Shown here: positions 9,461-19,677 of the stretch, in pieces
Position numbering within the stretch: position 1 is the first letter of the stretch
Layout of the letters: every line of letters starts with the position of its first letter
NCBI GenBank assembly: GCA_004563595.2
Contig: CP042461.1
Location: 150,001 to 182,000, forward strand
Length of the DNA: 32,000 nucleotides
Source of the DNA: Candidatus Saccharimonadota bacterium
GTDB lineage: Bacteria > Patescibacteriota > Gracilibacteria > BD1-5 > UBA6164
Reading direction: 5' to 3'
Notes under the pieces: model-generated
Database searches by the model: none
Told to the model about the DNA's origin: nothing
The model's input: the letters and a program-made list of their open reading frames with translations, nothing else
Made by a program: the position numbers and the translations under genes

Positions 9461-10432
9461 ATGCTTACAGATGTTTTTATTTACATAATTCTTGCTCTTA
9501 TATCGTTCTTTCCGATAGTGATTTGGGCTTATATATTTTCATATATTGACGATAATCCCTTGAATAAAAAGAGATTTTTTGTTGGGGTTGTGTGATGAGC
9601 ATTATCAGTAGTTCCAATTTTGTATATGGATAGAATCTTAGCAATTCTAGATTTTAAGTATTTGAATACGTTTTATTTTATCTCAGAAATAGGGAGTTTC
9701 TTTTCAAGCATCGAATTTGCATTTTCACTTGCTTTATTTTTATTGATTCTCGTATTTTTTTCATTTTTTCTTTGATCATCGATTCATAAATTTAAAAAAG
9801 TTATTAAAGTATATCTAAAAAATATACTGGTGTTTCTTGTCTTTATTTGAGTTTTATCCCTGGTTGTTTATTTTTTGAATATGATATTTTCTAAAATAGA
9901 CTTTGAAATATCTGATGGAGTGGTATTTTGAGATATTCTATTTAATTCATTTAAGTTGATAGTTTTTTATTACCTGTTAGTCGCTTTTATTGAAGAATCG
10001 AGTAAACATTTCAATTTTTTACAATCAAGTATATTCCATATAGATTCAATAAAAACATGAGTACTCTATGCTATATTTGTAGCATTATGATTTAGTTTGA
10101 TTGAAAATATGCTGTATTTATACAACTTATATATTCAACAAGGTCTTGGGTGAGAATTATTAAAATTATTCTTTTTTAGATCCACTTTTGCAGTTATCGT
10201 CCATGTACTTTCTAGCTCAGTAGTGGCGTATTACTTTTCAAAAGCATTATTGCTATATAGAGAAAAAGATTTGAGTGTCCCATACTTAAAGATATTTTCA
10301 TTTGGACTTGTTATCTGAGTCTTTCTACACATGTTCTTTGATGTGGCTTTGACTCTCGGTTTTTCATTTGTTATGTTTTTCTATTTTATAGGAGGTTATT
10401 TATATGTAAGTAGTATCTTTTATAAAGAGTAA
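9461..10432 (+). CDS. prsW: PrsW family intramembrane metalloprotease
   Basis: Multi-pass membrane protein with VAFIEESSKH (the EExxK motif), ALGFSLIENMLY and AVIVHVLSS. It runs from ATG 9461 to TAA 10430-10432. The track start at 9404 (TTG) lies inside the terminator and was rejected. Confidence 0.75.
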
Positions 10433-10497
10433 AAAAACTGGATAAAACTATAAATTGCACTATAATGAATGCAGTTTATTTTTTTAAATTAATTATT

Positions 10498-11055
10498 ATG
10501 ACAGCAGTATATATATTACTTTGAGCATGAATATTAATCGCCTTTATTCTGATGGCAAAGTACAATGGAATGGTGAAGTTGAGAAATGTGAGAGATCAAT
10601 CTTTTTCAGATATTGATGTTCAATTAAAATTAAGATTTAACTTGGTTCCTAATCTAGTAGAAACAGTTAAATGATATGCCAAACACGAGCAAGAAACTTT
10701 TGATATGGTAACCAAAGCAAGAACTTCATTTTTAAATGCTGGAGGAAGTGTTGATGCAAAAATTGGTGCTGATAATATGTTAGCATGAGCTTTGAAAAGT
10801 ATATTTGCAGTTGCGGAGGCTTATCCAGATTTAAAAGCAAATGAAAACTTTATTCAACTTCAAGCGGAATTATCTGATATAGAAAATAAAATTGCATCTT
10901 CGAGAAGATTTTTCAATAGTGCAACTCAAGAATATAATACATTTATACAAATGTTTCCGAATAATATTGTAGCAGGGATGTTTAATTTTACAGAAGAAAC
11001 AATGTTTGAGATTGTAAATGAAGAAGAGAAGAAAAACATAGCTGTAAAATTCTAA
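10498..11055 (+). CDS. LemA family protein
   Basis: N-terminal TM segment, then [47 protein letters not shown]...[40 protein letters not shown], the canonical LemA sequence. This extends track ORF 10792..11055. Confidence 0.9.
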
Positions 11056-11064
11056 TAAAACATA

Positions 11065-11973
11065 ATGGCAATAATCTGATTAAGGACTTCGATTATGCAT
11101 AATAGACTGAGATTGTTCTATCTCTTTATGCTGATTCCGTCTATTGTACTAGGAGTATTATTTCTTTCTATTTATATTCAACATTGAGTAATAAGTGACG
11201 CTTTAATCGACGATTTTGTATCTATCAGTTGATTTGGCCTTATTATTCTCTCTGTCCGGATGTTTGTATGAGTATATTTTCAAAAACAAATGATATTTGG
11301 TTTCACATGAGCCAAAGAAATCACAAGAAAAGAAAACCCAGAAATTTATAATATAGTTGAGAATCTTGCAATCTCCAGATGACTTCCAACTCCAAAAGTA
11401 GCAATTATAGAGGACTCAAGTCTCAATGCTTTTGCAACCTGATGGACCATAAAAAATTCATGGATCGTTTTTTCAAGATGACTCCTGGATAAGTTAAATA
11501 AACAAGAGATTGAAGCTGTGGCATGACATGAGCTGACACATATTATCAATGGGGATGTAAAAAATATGATTATTATCAATGTGTTTATCTGAGCAATTTG
11601 AACAATCGGATATTATCTTATGAGAGTAAGAGGAAAGGGGAAAAATAACCCTCTTCCTATATTGGGCTTATTACTCTATCTGATTTCTATTATTATTCTC
11701 CCACTTATAAATCTAGCTATTTCAAGAAAAAAAGAATTTCTAGCTGATGCCTGAAGTGTAGAGCTGACTCATGATAAAAATGCAATGATCAGTGCATTGA
11801 AAAAAATATCATCAGACTCTATCATTGAGAAGATGGACTCGAAATGAAGTAGTATCGCAGGAATGTTTATAGAAAACCCAAAGAAAAAAGAGAAGTCATT
11901 TAAGTGGTTTAGAAACTTATTTTCAACTCATCCTTCGATGGAAGATAGAATTGCGATGTTGGAGAAATATTAA
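11065..11973 (+). CDS. htpX: M48 family zinc metalloprotease HtpX
   Basis: EIYNIVENLAISRGLPTPKVAIIEDSSLNAFATG, the HEXXH motif in AVAGHELTHIINGD, then EFLADAGSVELT and STHPSMEDRIAML. The first in-frame ATG is 11065, with an alternative start at ATG 11095. TAA is at 11971-11973. Confidence 0.9.
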
Positions 11974-11979
11974 AAAAAA

Positions 11980-12001
11980 AGCTGATAACTCAGCTTTTTT
12001 T
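11980..12001. terminator. Bidirectional rho-independent terminator
   Basis: agctga-taac-tcagct flanked by A9 and T7. It lies between the convergent htpX and the minus-strand gene whose stop is at 12002-12000. Confidence 0.6.
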
Positions 12002-12998
12002 ATTGTATCGGAAAATAATTAAATCTTTCAATTTCTTTCCATGTATTATCATCTTCTTGTAAGAGTTTTAGTACTCATTCAAAATGGAGCAATCAATATG
12101 TCACATATATTTCATCATATTCTGATTTTATAATTGCACTTGAAAGGACCTCATTTCTTTTATTTAATATGACATCAAACAGTTTAGCATTTCATACATG
12201 CTCAGTGATAACATCTCTGAGTCAGTCACTTTTGATAAGGAAATTGAGTATAGCTTGGTTAATATAAACAAGCACTTTCAGTTGTCTATCATTCAGCTCA
12301 GCAAGTGTGTTCAGGATTTCTTCATTTACATCCATGGGAGGGGTTGTAGATGTTTCTTCTACTCATCATTCTTCATAACGTTCTATGATTTCATCTATTG
12401 TCAGATCAACATTGAAATCAAGGTCATTTATATGTCATAAGAATTCATTATTGTCTTGGTATACCACTCAGTAGAGTTTTGAGAAATTTTTGTAGAGATT
12501 TTTATCAAACTTTATTCAGATAGCTTTGTCGAATTTTTGAGTATTTTCCTCTGTTCAACCTTGAACTCATTCAAAGAAGTACACATATCCATTTGTTTTT
12601 CTTTCTTTTATATCATTTATAACTTTGTCATAAAAACTTCTGGTTCCTACGTGACTCATTGCTTGAAAAATAATTGTTTTTTCTCCATTTGAAAGAGTAA
12701 TATTTGGCATAGGAGCAGGCTCTATTTCATTATTATAGTATGCAAAACCTCCAAGAATAAATACAAGAAGAAAAATAATACTCGCCATACTACTGAGAAA
12801 TTTTTTGAGAAAACTAGAGATGTCCATGCTTTCTTTTTTTCTTAAATAAGTCCAAATAATATGAAGGGTGAAGAAAACAAGCGAATAGATACAAAGAGAG
12901 AGTATAAACTCTAAAATTCATACCAGTCAGCTGATGTAGAAAATTATTATTCAGAAGAGAGCGAGAAATGCAAAACTGAAAATTTCTTTTTTATTCAT
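12000..12998 (-). CDS. Membrane protein with TraB/GumN-like domain (putative)
   Basis: Minus-strand ATG 12998-12996 with an upstream stop at 13007-13005, and TAA at 12002-12000, giving 332 aa. It has three N-terminal TM helices. IIFQAMSHVGTRSFYDKVINDI...GYVYFFEGV and the C-terminal YVTYGLLHFEGVLKLL resemble the TraB/GumN HVG...GxxH pattern. Confidence 0.5.
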
Positions 12999-13107
12999 TG
13001 GTTTTTATTTTTATGAAATATTTTTTACAGTGTATTTATTTTTTTGCTTTTCAGAAAATATTTTTTATACTCATTGTAGATTTTGTAGTATATAACAGCT
13101 TATTCGT

Positions 13108-13560
13108 ATGAAAAAATTTTTAAAATTAATGATCTTACCACTGTTAATTTTTTCTATATCAGGAATGAGTATTTCTCATGCATGATTTTTAGATGATGTA
13201 TTTAATGATAGCAGTAGTGCAGAAATACCGTATTGTAAGGGATGAGATAAAGAGTGTTGATTCTTAAATTGAATTGAAGAAACTAAATGAATTGTTAATG
13301 ATACCGTATTTGATAGAAGTGCATCTGATTATATACAAGACATTGTAGCTTTTTTACTAGGTTTTGTAGCAATTATAGCGGTTATAATGATTATCTATGC
13401 TTGATTTAACATATTAACTTGAGCAGGAGATGAAGAAAAAGTAAAGAAAGCAAAAATGACAATTGTATATGTTGTAATTGGTATTATTGTGATATATCTT
13501 GCATGACCAATTTTTAATTTGGTTGTAAAAATACTGAATTGATGAGCTCCAATAACGTAG
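13108..13560 (+). CDS. Small secreted VirB2/TrbC-like pilin-type protein (CPR T4SS_pilin-like)
   Basis: ATG 13108 to TAG 13558-13560, 150 aa. It has a Sec-type signal peptide (MKKFLKLMILPLLIFSISGMSISHA). Two C-terminal hydrophobic helices are separated by the polar loop TGAGDEEKVKKAK: FLLGFVAIIAVIMIIYAGFNIL...MTIVYVVIGIIVIYLAGPIF. Confidence 0.55.
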
Positions 13561-13586
13561 CTTATAAATATACATAAGACTTCTAC

Positions 13587-13621
13587 AAGTTGATTTATTA
13601 AAAAGTCAACTTTGTTTTTTT
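13587..13621 (+). terminator. Putative rho-independent terminator
   Basis: 7-bp stem aagttga/tcaactt with a 12-nt loop, followed by tgttttttt. Confidence 0.4.
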
Positions 13622-13681
13622 GTAATTTACAAGTGAGTATGATAGTATATATGTATATATATTTTTAATCTTTTAAATTAT

Positions 13682-14206
13682 ATGTTAGAAAAAGACAAAG
13701 TAGTGAAAAAAGCTACAAATCCTTATTTTTCAAGTCTTCTATTTTTAGTACTTGTACTTGTCTTAACAGGTGCAATTACATTTTATAATAGTATATTAGA
13801 AAAAGAAACATTAGAACTAAGGGCTCAAACTCAACTATATGATCAAAATATTGCAGAGATTGAAAAGGAAAAGAAAATTCAAATTTTTGCTTTATTACAG
13901 GCAAATAAAAAAACAATGAATTCTTTAGAAGGAAGGAGTCAAATTACAAAAATAATTAATCATATAGACTTTATCCAAGAGAAATATCACATAAGACTTA
14001 TAGGGTTTAATCTATCTTCTGGTAAGCTTGAAACAAAAGCATTAGTTGAATCAAATGAAACATGAATAGCATATCAAAAGGTTGGTCATTTCGTTAAGGA
14101 ATATAGAAAGGATAGTGAAGCATTATTTGAACTTGGTTTTGTTGATCATGTGTCATGATGAGAGAATAGTATGAAATTTAATGTATCATTTAGCTTGAAA
14201 CAATAA
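13682..14206 (+). CDS. PilN-like type IV pilus assembly protein (TM plus coiled coil plus ferredoxin-like C-terminus)
   Basis: Track ORF 13682..14065 extended through TGAs to TAA 14204-14206, which I checked codon by codon; 174 aa. The architecture is a single TM segment (SSLLFLVLVLVLTGAITF), a coiled coil and an alternating beta C-terminal region. It lies directly upstream of a PilO-like gene and PilC. Confidence 0.55.
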
Positions 14207-14242
14207 AAAATATTGTTGGTCTTAATTTTTAATCATTCGTAT

Positions 14243-14767
14243 ATGTCAGTTCAAAACCAAAATAATAAAATAATATCATATTTGATAATTTTTGTATCAT
14301 TATTTATATTGTTTCTTTTTACAAAAGATCAATACCTTATTTTGCAAGAAAAATCTGATTTAAAAGAATCATATGTATTAGAATTACAAGAAAAAAAAGA
14401 AACTCTAGATTCTCTTAATAAGATTAAAAATGAGCTAAAAAAGGATGAATCGATTACAAAAAGATATCTCAATGAAATTAATGAAGATGAGATTATAGAA
14501 TACTTTTATTCGTATTCAGAGCGTTGAACTATAAGTATTAAAAATATTTCTCTTTGAGAATGAAAAGTAAATGAACTTGGCTTTATAGAATCAAAGATTA
14601 ATGTAAGTGCAAGAGTTGAAAATGAGGCTGCAATGAAAGAATTTTTAAATTTTTTAATCACTCCAGGAGCGAAATATAACTTCTTTATTGAAAGTTTTTC
14701 ATATCCAAAAGATGGAAGAGAGTGAAGTTTTAATGTGAATGTACCATTGAAGTTATTTTATAAATAA
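14243..14767 (+). CDS. PilO-like type IV pilus assembly protein
   Basis: ATG 14243 to TAA 14765-14767, 174 aa. It has a TM segment (IISYLIIFVSLFILFLF), a coiled coil (LKESYVLELQEKKETLDSLNKIKNELKK) and a C-terminal alpha/beta domain. The assignment rests on position and architecture only. Confidence 0.5.
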
Positions 14768-14773
14768 GAGTGT

Positions 14774-15904
14774 ATGGAAAATAAAAAACTGGATAATAAA
14801 ATAATAGAGAAACAATCTTCTCTTGATGCTCTTAATAAACAATTTGTATTGTCAAAAACAGTAAGCATTGTTGATAAATATAATTTTTATGAATATATTT
14901 CAGTAATGCTTGATGGGTGAGTATCTATTTCAGAGGCATTAGAGACTATTTGAGATAAAATAAATAGTGTTTATTTTAAGCAAAAAATATTTGAAATGAG
15001 GACTTACATCTCAAGTTGAGATTCTTTTTCTAAGTCTATGAAGAAAATCCCTCAAGTATTTACGAGTGCTGAGATATCAATACTTGAAGCCGGGGAAAGC
15101 ACTGGTACTCTTGTTGAAGCTTTGTCAAAATTAAGTGATGATTTAAAAAAAGTTCACGACCTGAGAAGTAAAGTAAAATCTGCAATTACATATCCAACTA
15201 TTATCTTTCTATTTTTAACTTTAGCGATTATTATTGTACTGGTATATGTAATACCTGCAATTATGCCATTATTTGAGACCTCAGATGTAGAGCTCCCTTG
15301 AGCGACAAAAGCACTTGTTTTTACCTCTAATTTTTTGAGTACAAATTACCTTTTGATTATATTGTTTTGTTTTGCTGTTTACATATTTTTCACAGCTTAT
15401 AAAAATACAAATTCTGGAAGACAGTCTATAGATCATTTTTTATTATGACTTCCTTTGGTTTGAAGTGTGTATAAAAACTATATATTATCAAATATAACAG
15501 CTACCCTATGAAGTCTTATTGGATCATGAGTGAGTGTCGTAAAAACATTAACCCTTGTTTGAAAAGCCAGTAATAGTCATATTTATGAACGTTTATTCGA
15601 AGATATAGTTCTAACAGTTTCACATGGTGAGAAGATAGTTGATTCTATGAAAAAAGTAGATCCGGAAAAAATATACTTTCCAGCTGATTTCTTGCAAATG
15701 TTATACGTTTGAGAAAGGACTGCAAATCTAGAAAAAATTTCTAGAAAAATTAATAAACAATATGAAAAAGAAGTAGAATACTCACTTGCAAATCTCACAA
15801 AATGGATTGAGCCACTTGCTATTTTACTTGCTTGAGCATTTGTACTCTGGTTTGCATTTGCAATATTTGGAGCGATTATGAAAATAACACAAACAGTTTC
15901 TTAA
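14774..15904 (+). CDS. pilC: Type II secretion system F family / type IV pilus platform protein PilC
   Basis: ATG 14774 to TAA 15902-15904, 376 aa. It has two GspF repeats: SEALETIGDKI...FSKSMKKIPQVFTSAEISILEAGESTGTLVEAL and HGEKIVDSMKKVDPEKIYFPADFLQMLYVGERTANLEKI. Three TM segments are present. Confidence 0.9.
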
Positions 15905-15920
15905 TGTATATAATGAAAAA

Positions 15921-15953
15921 ACTAAAAATTCTTTGGAATTTTTAGTTTTTTTT
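15921..15953 (+). terminator. Rho-independent terminator after pilC
   Basis: Perfect 11-bp stem actaaaaattc / gaatttttagt (15921-15931 paired with 15936-15946), loop tttg, then T8. Confidence 0.65.
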
Positions 15954-15988
15954 ATACTATAAATATAATAGAAAATGATACAATACAT

Positions 15989-16564
15989 ATGAATAAATGA
16001 AAACAGGATTGATTTACAGTAGTAGAGCTGATTATTGCCATTACTATATTTTTTATGCTCTCTATGGCAAGTTTTGTTCCGTATAATTATTATGTTAATA
16101 AAGCAAAACTCAAGACGACTGTAAAAGAAATCTCACAAAGTATTTATGAAGCGAGGAATATGGCTATAAATTGAGTAATATCTTCTACTTGAAATGTATC
16201 AATAGGAATTTATTTTGATAACTCTGAAGAGGAGAATAATAAAATTCATTTTTTGTCATATCCATATAGTTTTACCGGAGTTGATATTTCAACTTCATGA
16301 TCAGAAATAGAATCTATTAAAACTCTTGTATTACAGCCAGGTATGCAAATAGACTCTATTCATTGAAATGAAAATGGTCTTTTCTTTTTTCAAGCTATTT
16401 CATGAAGTTCAGAATATTTTTATTGGGAGTCAGGGATAAGAAAAGATATATTAACAGCATGAGAAGATACGATTGATATATCAATATCATATAAATGATC
16501 GACTACAAGGAATTTACAAAAAAATATTACTTATTACATTAAAACGAATATAATAGATTATTAA
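15989..16564 (+). CDS. Prepilin-type minor pilin, GspH/FimT-like
   Basis: MNKGKQDG|FTVVELIIAITIFFML is a class III signal peptide with Gly(-1) and Glu(+5), and Gly(-1) is encoded by TGA 16010-16012. It is followed by KTTVKEISQSIYEARNMAI, typical of GspH/FimT. TAA is at 16562-16564. Confidence 0.8.
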
Positions 16565-16593
16565 TTATTATTTCTTTATTCTAAGAAAAAGAT

Positions 16594-17187
16594 ATGAAAC
16601 AGAATAACAAAAAAGCTTTTAGTATAATAGAAATACTGGTATGAATGTTTATATTTTCTTTATGAATTTTGAGCGTTTATGCAGTTATTATGTCTTCAAT
16701 GAATTTGAATGAATATAATAAAAACTATATTATAGCATCTAACTTAGCAAGAGAGCAGTTAGAACTGGTAAGAAATATTAGGGATTCAAATTATGTTAAA
16801 ATACAAAAATATAATCAGATAAATCCTTCGGAAGCTTATGACCCTACAGACCCACCAGGCTTATTTTTAGAAGGGAGTCATTATGTAATAGAAAATAATT
16901 ATTCTTCTACAGCTTCATTTCCAATAGAGGTAACAAGTATATGAGACATAAGTGATAAAACTCAATATGAACTATGTTTAGATTCTTTGAATAGATATGT
17001 ACATGATTGTAATTTATGAAATAAAGAGACAAGATTTTATAGTTATATATCAATATCAGCAGTGATCGATGATGATGGAGTTGTTATTGATAAAGCATTT
17101 AAAGTAACATCAAAAGTATCATGGTATAAAAGATGATATCATGAGTTTGAGGTGGTGAGTATTATCGCTGACTGGAAAAGGCTCTAG
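16594..17187 (+). CDS. Prepilin-type minor pilin, PilV/GspI-like
   Basis: MKQNNKKA|FSIIEILVGMFIFSLGIL carries Ala rather than Gly at -1 and Glu at +5. It is followed by ASNLAREQLELVRNIRD, typical of PilV/GspI. TAG is at 17185-17187. This extends track ORF 16669..16944. Confidence 0.75.
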
Positions 17188-17211
17188 ATTCTTACCTATT
17201 AATAATGAATA

Positions 17212-17799
17212 ATGAGAATTATAATACATAAAAAATGATTTACCCTTATTGAGATAATAGTAAGTATGGCTATTCTTTCAATTATAATGGTATCGGTTAT
17301 TACTATATATATATCAAGCAGTGATGTAGCTCTGAAGACTGATATAAATAGGATGATGCAAGAGAATATTAAAAATGTAGTTACACATATTTCTGAGGAT
17401 GTGAGGAGTTCTCAAATTGTCTGAACGAATAATAATGGTTGAGAATCATGTGATTTATCAGATGCAGAAGGGAAGTATTTTGTTTGAAATAAACTTTGTA
17501 CTACAGATAATGAATATTATCTTGCATATGAAACTTCCTGATGATGGGTAAGAGTAGCAGATATATCATTTTGTCGTAACTTCAAAGATCACTGTGTGAT
17601 TTATAAAAAAGGTATGTGACCACTTACCAATAGCTTTGTTTCTATTAAAGATTTACAATTTTTTGTATCAAATGAAAATATAGCTAAAGTAACAGTATCT
17701 ATTACTCTTCAGCCAGCAATATGAAAATGAGTGAAGCCTTATCTTATAAAAGAAAATAAATTTATTTTTCAGACTACTATCACTGAAAGACCATTTTAA
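17212..17799 (+). CDS. Prepilin-type minor pilin, PilW/GspJ-like
   Basis: MRIIIHKKG|FTLIEIIVSMAILSIIM, with Gly(-1) encoded by TGA 17236-17238 and Glu at +5. TAA is at 17797-17799. An in-frame upstream TAA lies at 17203-17205. Confidence 0.75.
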
Positions 17800-17817
17800 T
17801 AATATTATGAACGATAT

Positions 17818-18573
17818 ATGAGGTGAAATAACAATACATGAAATAGAAAAGGATTTTCGGTTATCATATCATTATTAATTATATGATTTTTACTTGTTTT
17901 AACCACAGGTATTTATAATCTTATATTAAGAGAGCTCTATGATAATAGAGATATGTGAAACGCTATAAAAGCTTATGCTGGAGCCGAGGCTGCTCAGGAG
18001 TTAGCATTATTAAAAATAAAAGAGAAAGGCTATGGTTATTCATATAACATTGATAATTCTTTTATTTTAGGTGATAGGATTGCTCTTTCGTATGATCTTG
18101 CTACAAAGGTTAATAATTATGAATGACTTATATCTTGATTATCATATGATATCGTACCTCTTTTTTATATTGATGAGAGCTGAGAACAGAAAGTATCTTC
18201 AATCAATCTAGATGTGACGTATTGAATTCCTGATGATTTAGTATGGAATCTTGTTTCAGATAGCTGATGAATCTCTTGAATTTGAAACGACTCACTTTGA
18301 TTTAAAAAAACTCTTTGATCGGAAGAACAGTTATGATTAGAATATCAAGGAATCAATTCTTTTTTGAATGAAAATGAGACGGTATATATGATTCTTTTTA
18401 ATTCTTCGAATTGAGAAATAAAATATACTTTAGAATCAGATGATTATTTTTCCAAACCAAGAACGCGTGTTATTTCTTCAGCTACAGTTGGGGGTGTTAA
18501 GCAAAATTTGTGAACAACATTTGATAATACCGAGTACTTAAATATATTAAAATACTCGATTTATAGTCATTAA
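17818..18573 (+). CDS. Minor pseudopilin, PilX/GspK-like (no Glu+5)
   Basis: MRGNNNTGNRKG|FSVIISLLIIGFLLVL then ...AIKAYAGAEAAQELALLKI. The missing Glu+5 and the larger size (251 aa) fit the GspK/PilX class. TAA is at 18571-18573. Confidence 0.65.
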
Positions 18574-18672
18574 TTTATAAAAATACTATTTTTAGTATTG
18601 GCTTAGAATAGCTAATTAAGGAATACATTTTTTGATAATCCCTTTAAGTTAGCAAAAAAGAAAGAAAAACAT

Positions 18673-18700
18673 TTGCAATACTTCTAAAAAGGGCTAGAAT
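18673..18700 (+). promoter_or_regulatory. Sigma70-like promoter upstream of hup (TTGCAA-16 nt-TAGAAT)
   Basis: ttgcaa at 18673-18678 and tagaat at 18695-18700, with 33 nt between the -10 element and ATG 18734. Confidence 0.45.
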
Positions 18701-18733
18701 ACTAGTGTTTTAATTTATTAATAATAATTTATT

Positions 18734-19006
18734 ATGAAAAAACAAGATTTTATAAAATCAGTAGCTACTGCTGCTGGATTAAGCCAAGATGCTGTTTCTA
18801 AAGCATTAACTTCTATGATTGACGTTGTTACTTCTGAATTAAAAGCTGGTAACGAAGTAAATATTACTGGTTTCGGTGCTTTTAAAATATCTAAAAGAGC
18901 TGCTAGAAATGGTGTAAACCCAAGAACTGGTGAATCTATTAAGATTCCTGCTATGAATTCTCCTGTTTTCAGAGCTGGTAAAACTCTTAAAGAATCTGTT
19001 AGATAA
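18734..19006 (+). CDS. hup: DNA-binding protein HU
   Basis: Intact in the supplied track, with no TGA. MKKQDFIKSVA...ITGFGAFKISKRAARNGVNPRTGESIKIPAMNSPVFRAGKTLKESV is the canonical HU sequence. Confidence 0.95.
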   Translation: MKKQDFIKSVATAAGLSQDAVSKALTSMIDVVTSELKAGNEVNITGFGAFKISKRAARNGVNPRTGESIKIPAMNSPVFRAGKTLKESVR

Positions 19007-19032
19007 TATCTTGTTATCAACGAAAAAGAAAT

Positions 19033-19059
19033 ACCCTATAATAATAGGGTGTTTTTTTT
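19033..19059 (+). terminator. Rho-independent terminator after hup
   Basis: accctat-aata-atagggt, followed by gT8. Confidence 0.65.
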
Positions 19060-19086
19060 GATTTTTTTACAAAAAAAGGTTATAAT
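19058..19086 (+). promoter_or_regulatory. Sigma70-like promoter (TTGATT-17 nt-TATAAT)
   Basis: ttgatt at 19058-19063 and tataat at 19081-19086, 27 nt upstream of ATG 19114. Confidence 0.4.
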
Positions 19087-19113
19087 GAAGCTATATAATA
19101 GTAAATATTATTT

Positions 19114-19647
19114 ATGGACACTTTGATGATTGATAATCTATCAGGCTCTTTTAATAAAAAAGAGTTTATAGATAACATAATAACACCTGAGAATAACATA
19201 AACTTAGAATTGCATTATTCATCTCGTTTTGAGAATGCTAAGATTTTAAGGGATTTTATTGAGGTTATTTTTTATAAAATAAATGTATGATCAAAATATC
19301 TTTCAAGATTTATTCTTGCAACTGATGAAATGAATAATAATGCCATTGAATACGGGAGTATGAGCTGAGAGAAAAATACTTTAAGGATCAAAATAAGCAA
19401 TAGTGGGGAAAAAATAAAAATAATTATTGAAGTTGAAGATACCTGAAAAGGAAAAAATCATAAAACAGCAAAGCAAATGGAAGATTTTAAAGAAGAGAAG
19501 ATCAAAAATGGTTTATATGATAACCACTCCATTAGGGGAAGAGGTTTATTCATAATTATTGTAAATATTGTTGATGTATTATATTTCAAAGATTCTCAAC
19601 AGGGAGGTTTAATTGTGGGAATAGAGAAGGAAATACACAAAATTTAA
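19114..19647 (+). CDS. HATPase_c-type ATP-binding protein, RsbW/SpoIIAB-like anti-sigma serine kinase family
   Basis: ATG 19114 to TAA 19645-19647, 177 aa. The N-box is LATDEMNNNAIEYG, the G1 box is VEDTGKG and the G2 box is RGRGLFIIIVNIVD. Confidence 0.7.
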
Positions 19648-19650
19648 AAA

Positions 19651-19677
19651 AGATCTATTTTGCATAGATCTTTTTTA
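19651..19677. terminator. Bidirectional terminator
   Basis: agatcta-ttttgca-tagatct flanked by A6 and T6. It overlaps the TAG stop (19657-19655) of ftsQ. Confidence 0.55.

Noticed and set aside
10433-10446. The shared 14-mer aaaaaactggataa at 10433 and 14785 as a possible dispersed repeat
   Set aside because: One copy is intergenic and the other lies inside the pilC coding sequence (KKLDNK). It is a short A-rich word with no flanking similarity, so it is most likely coincidence.
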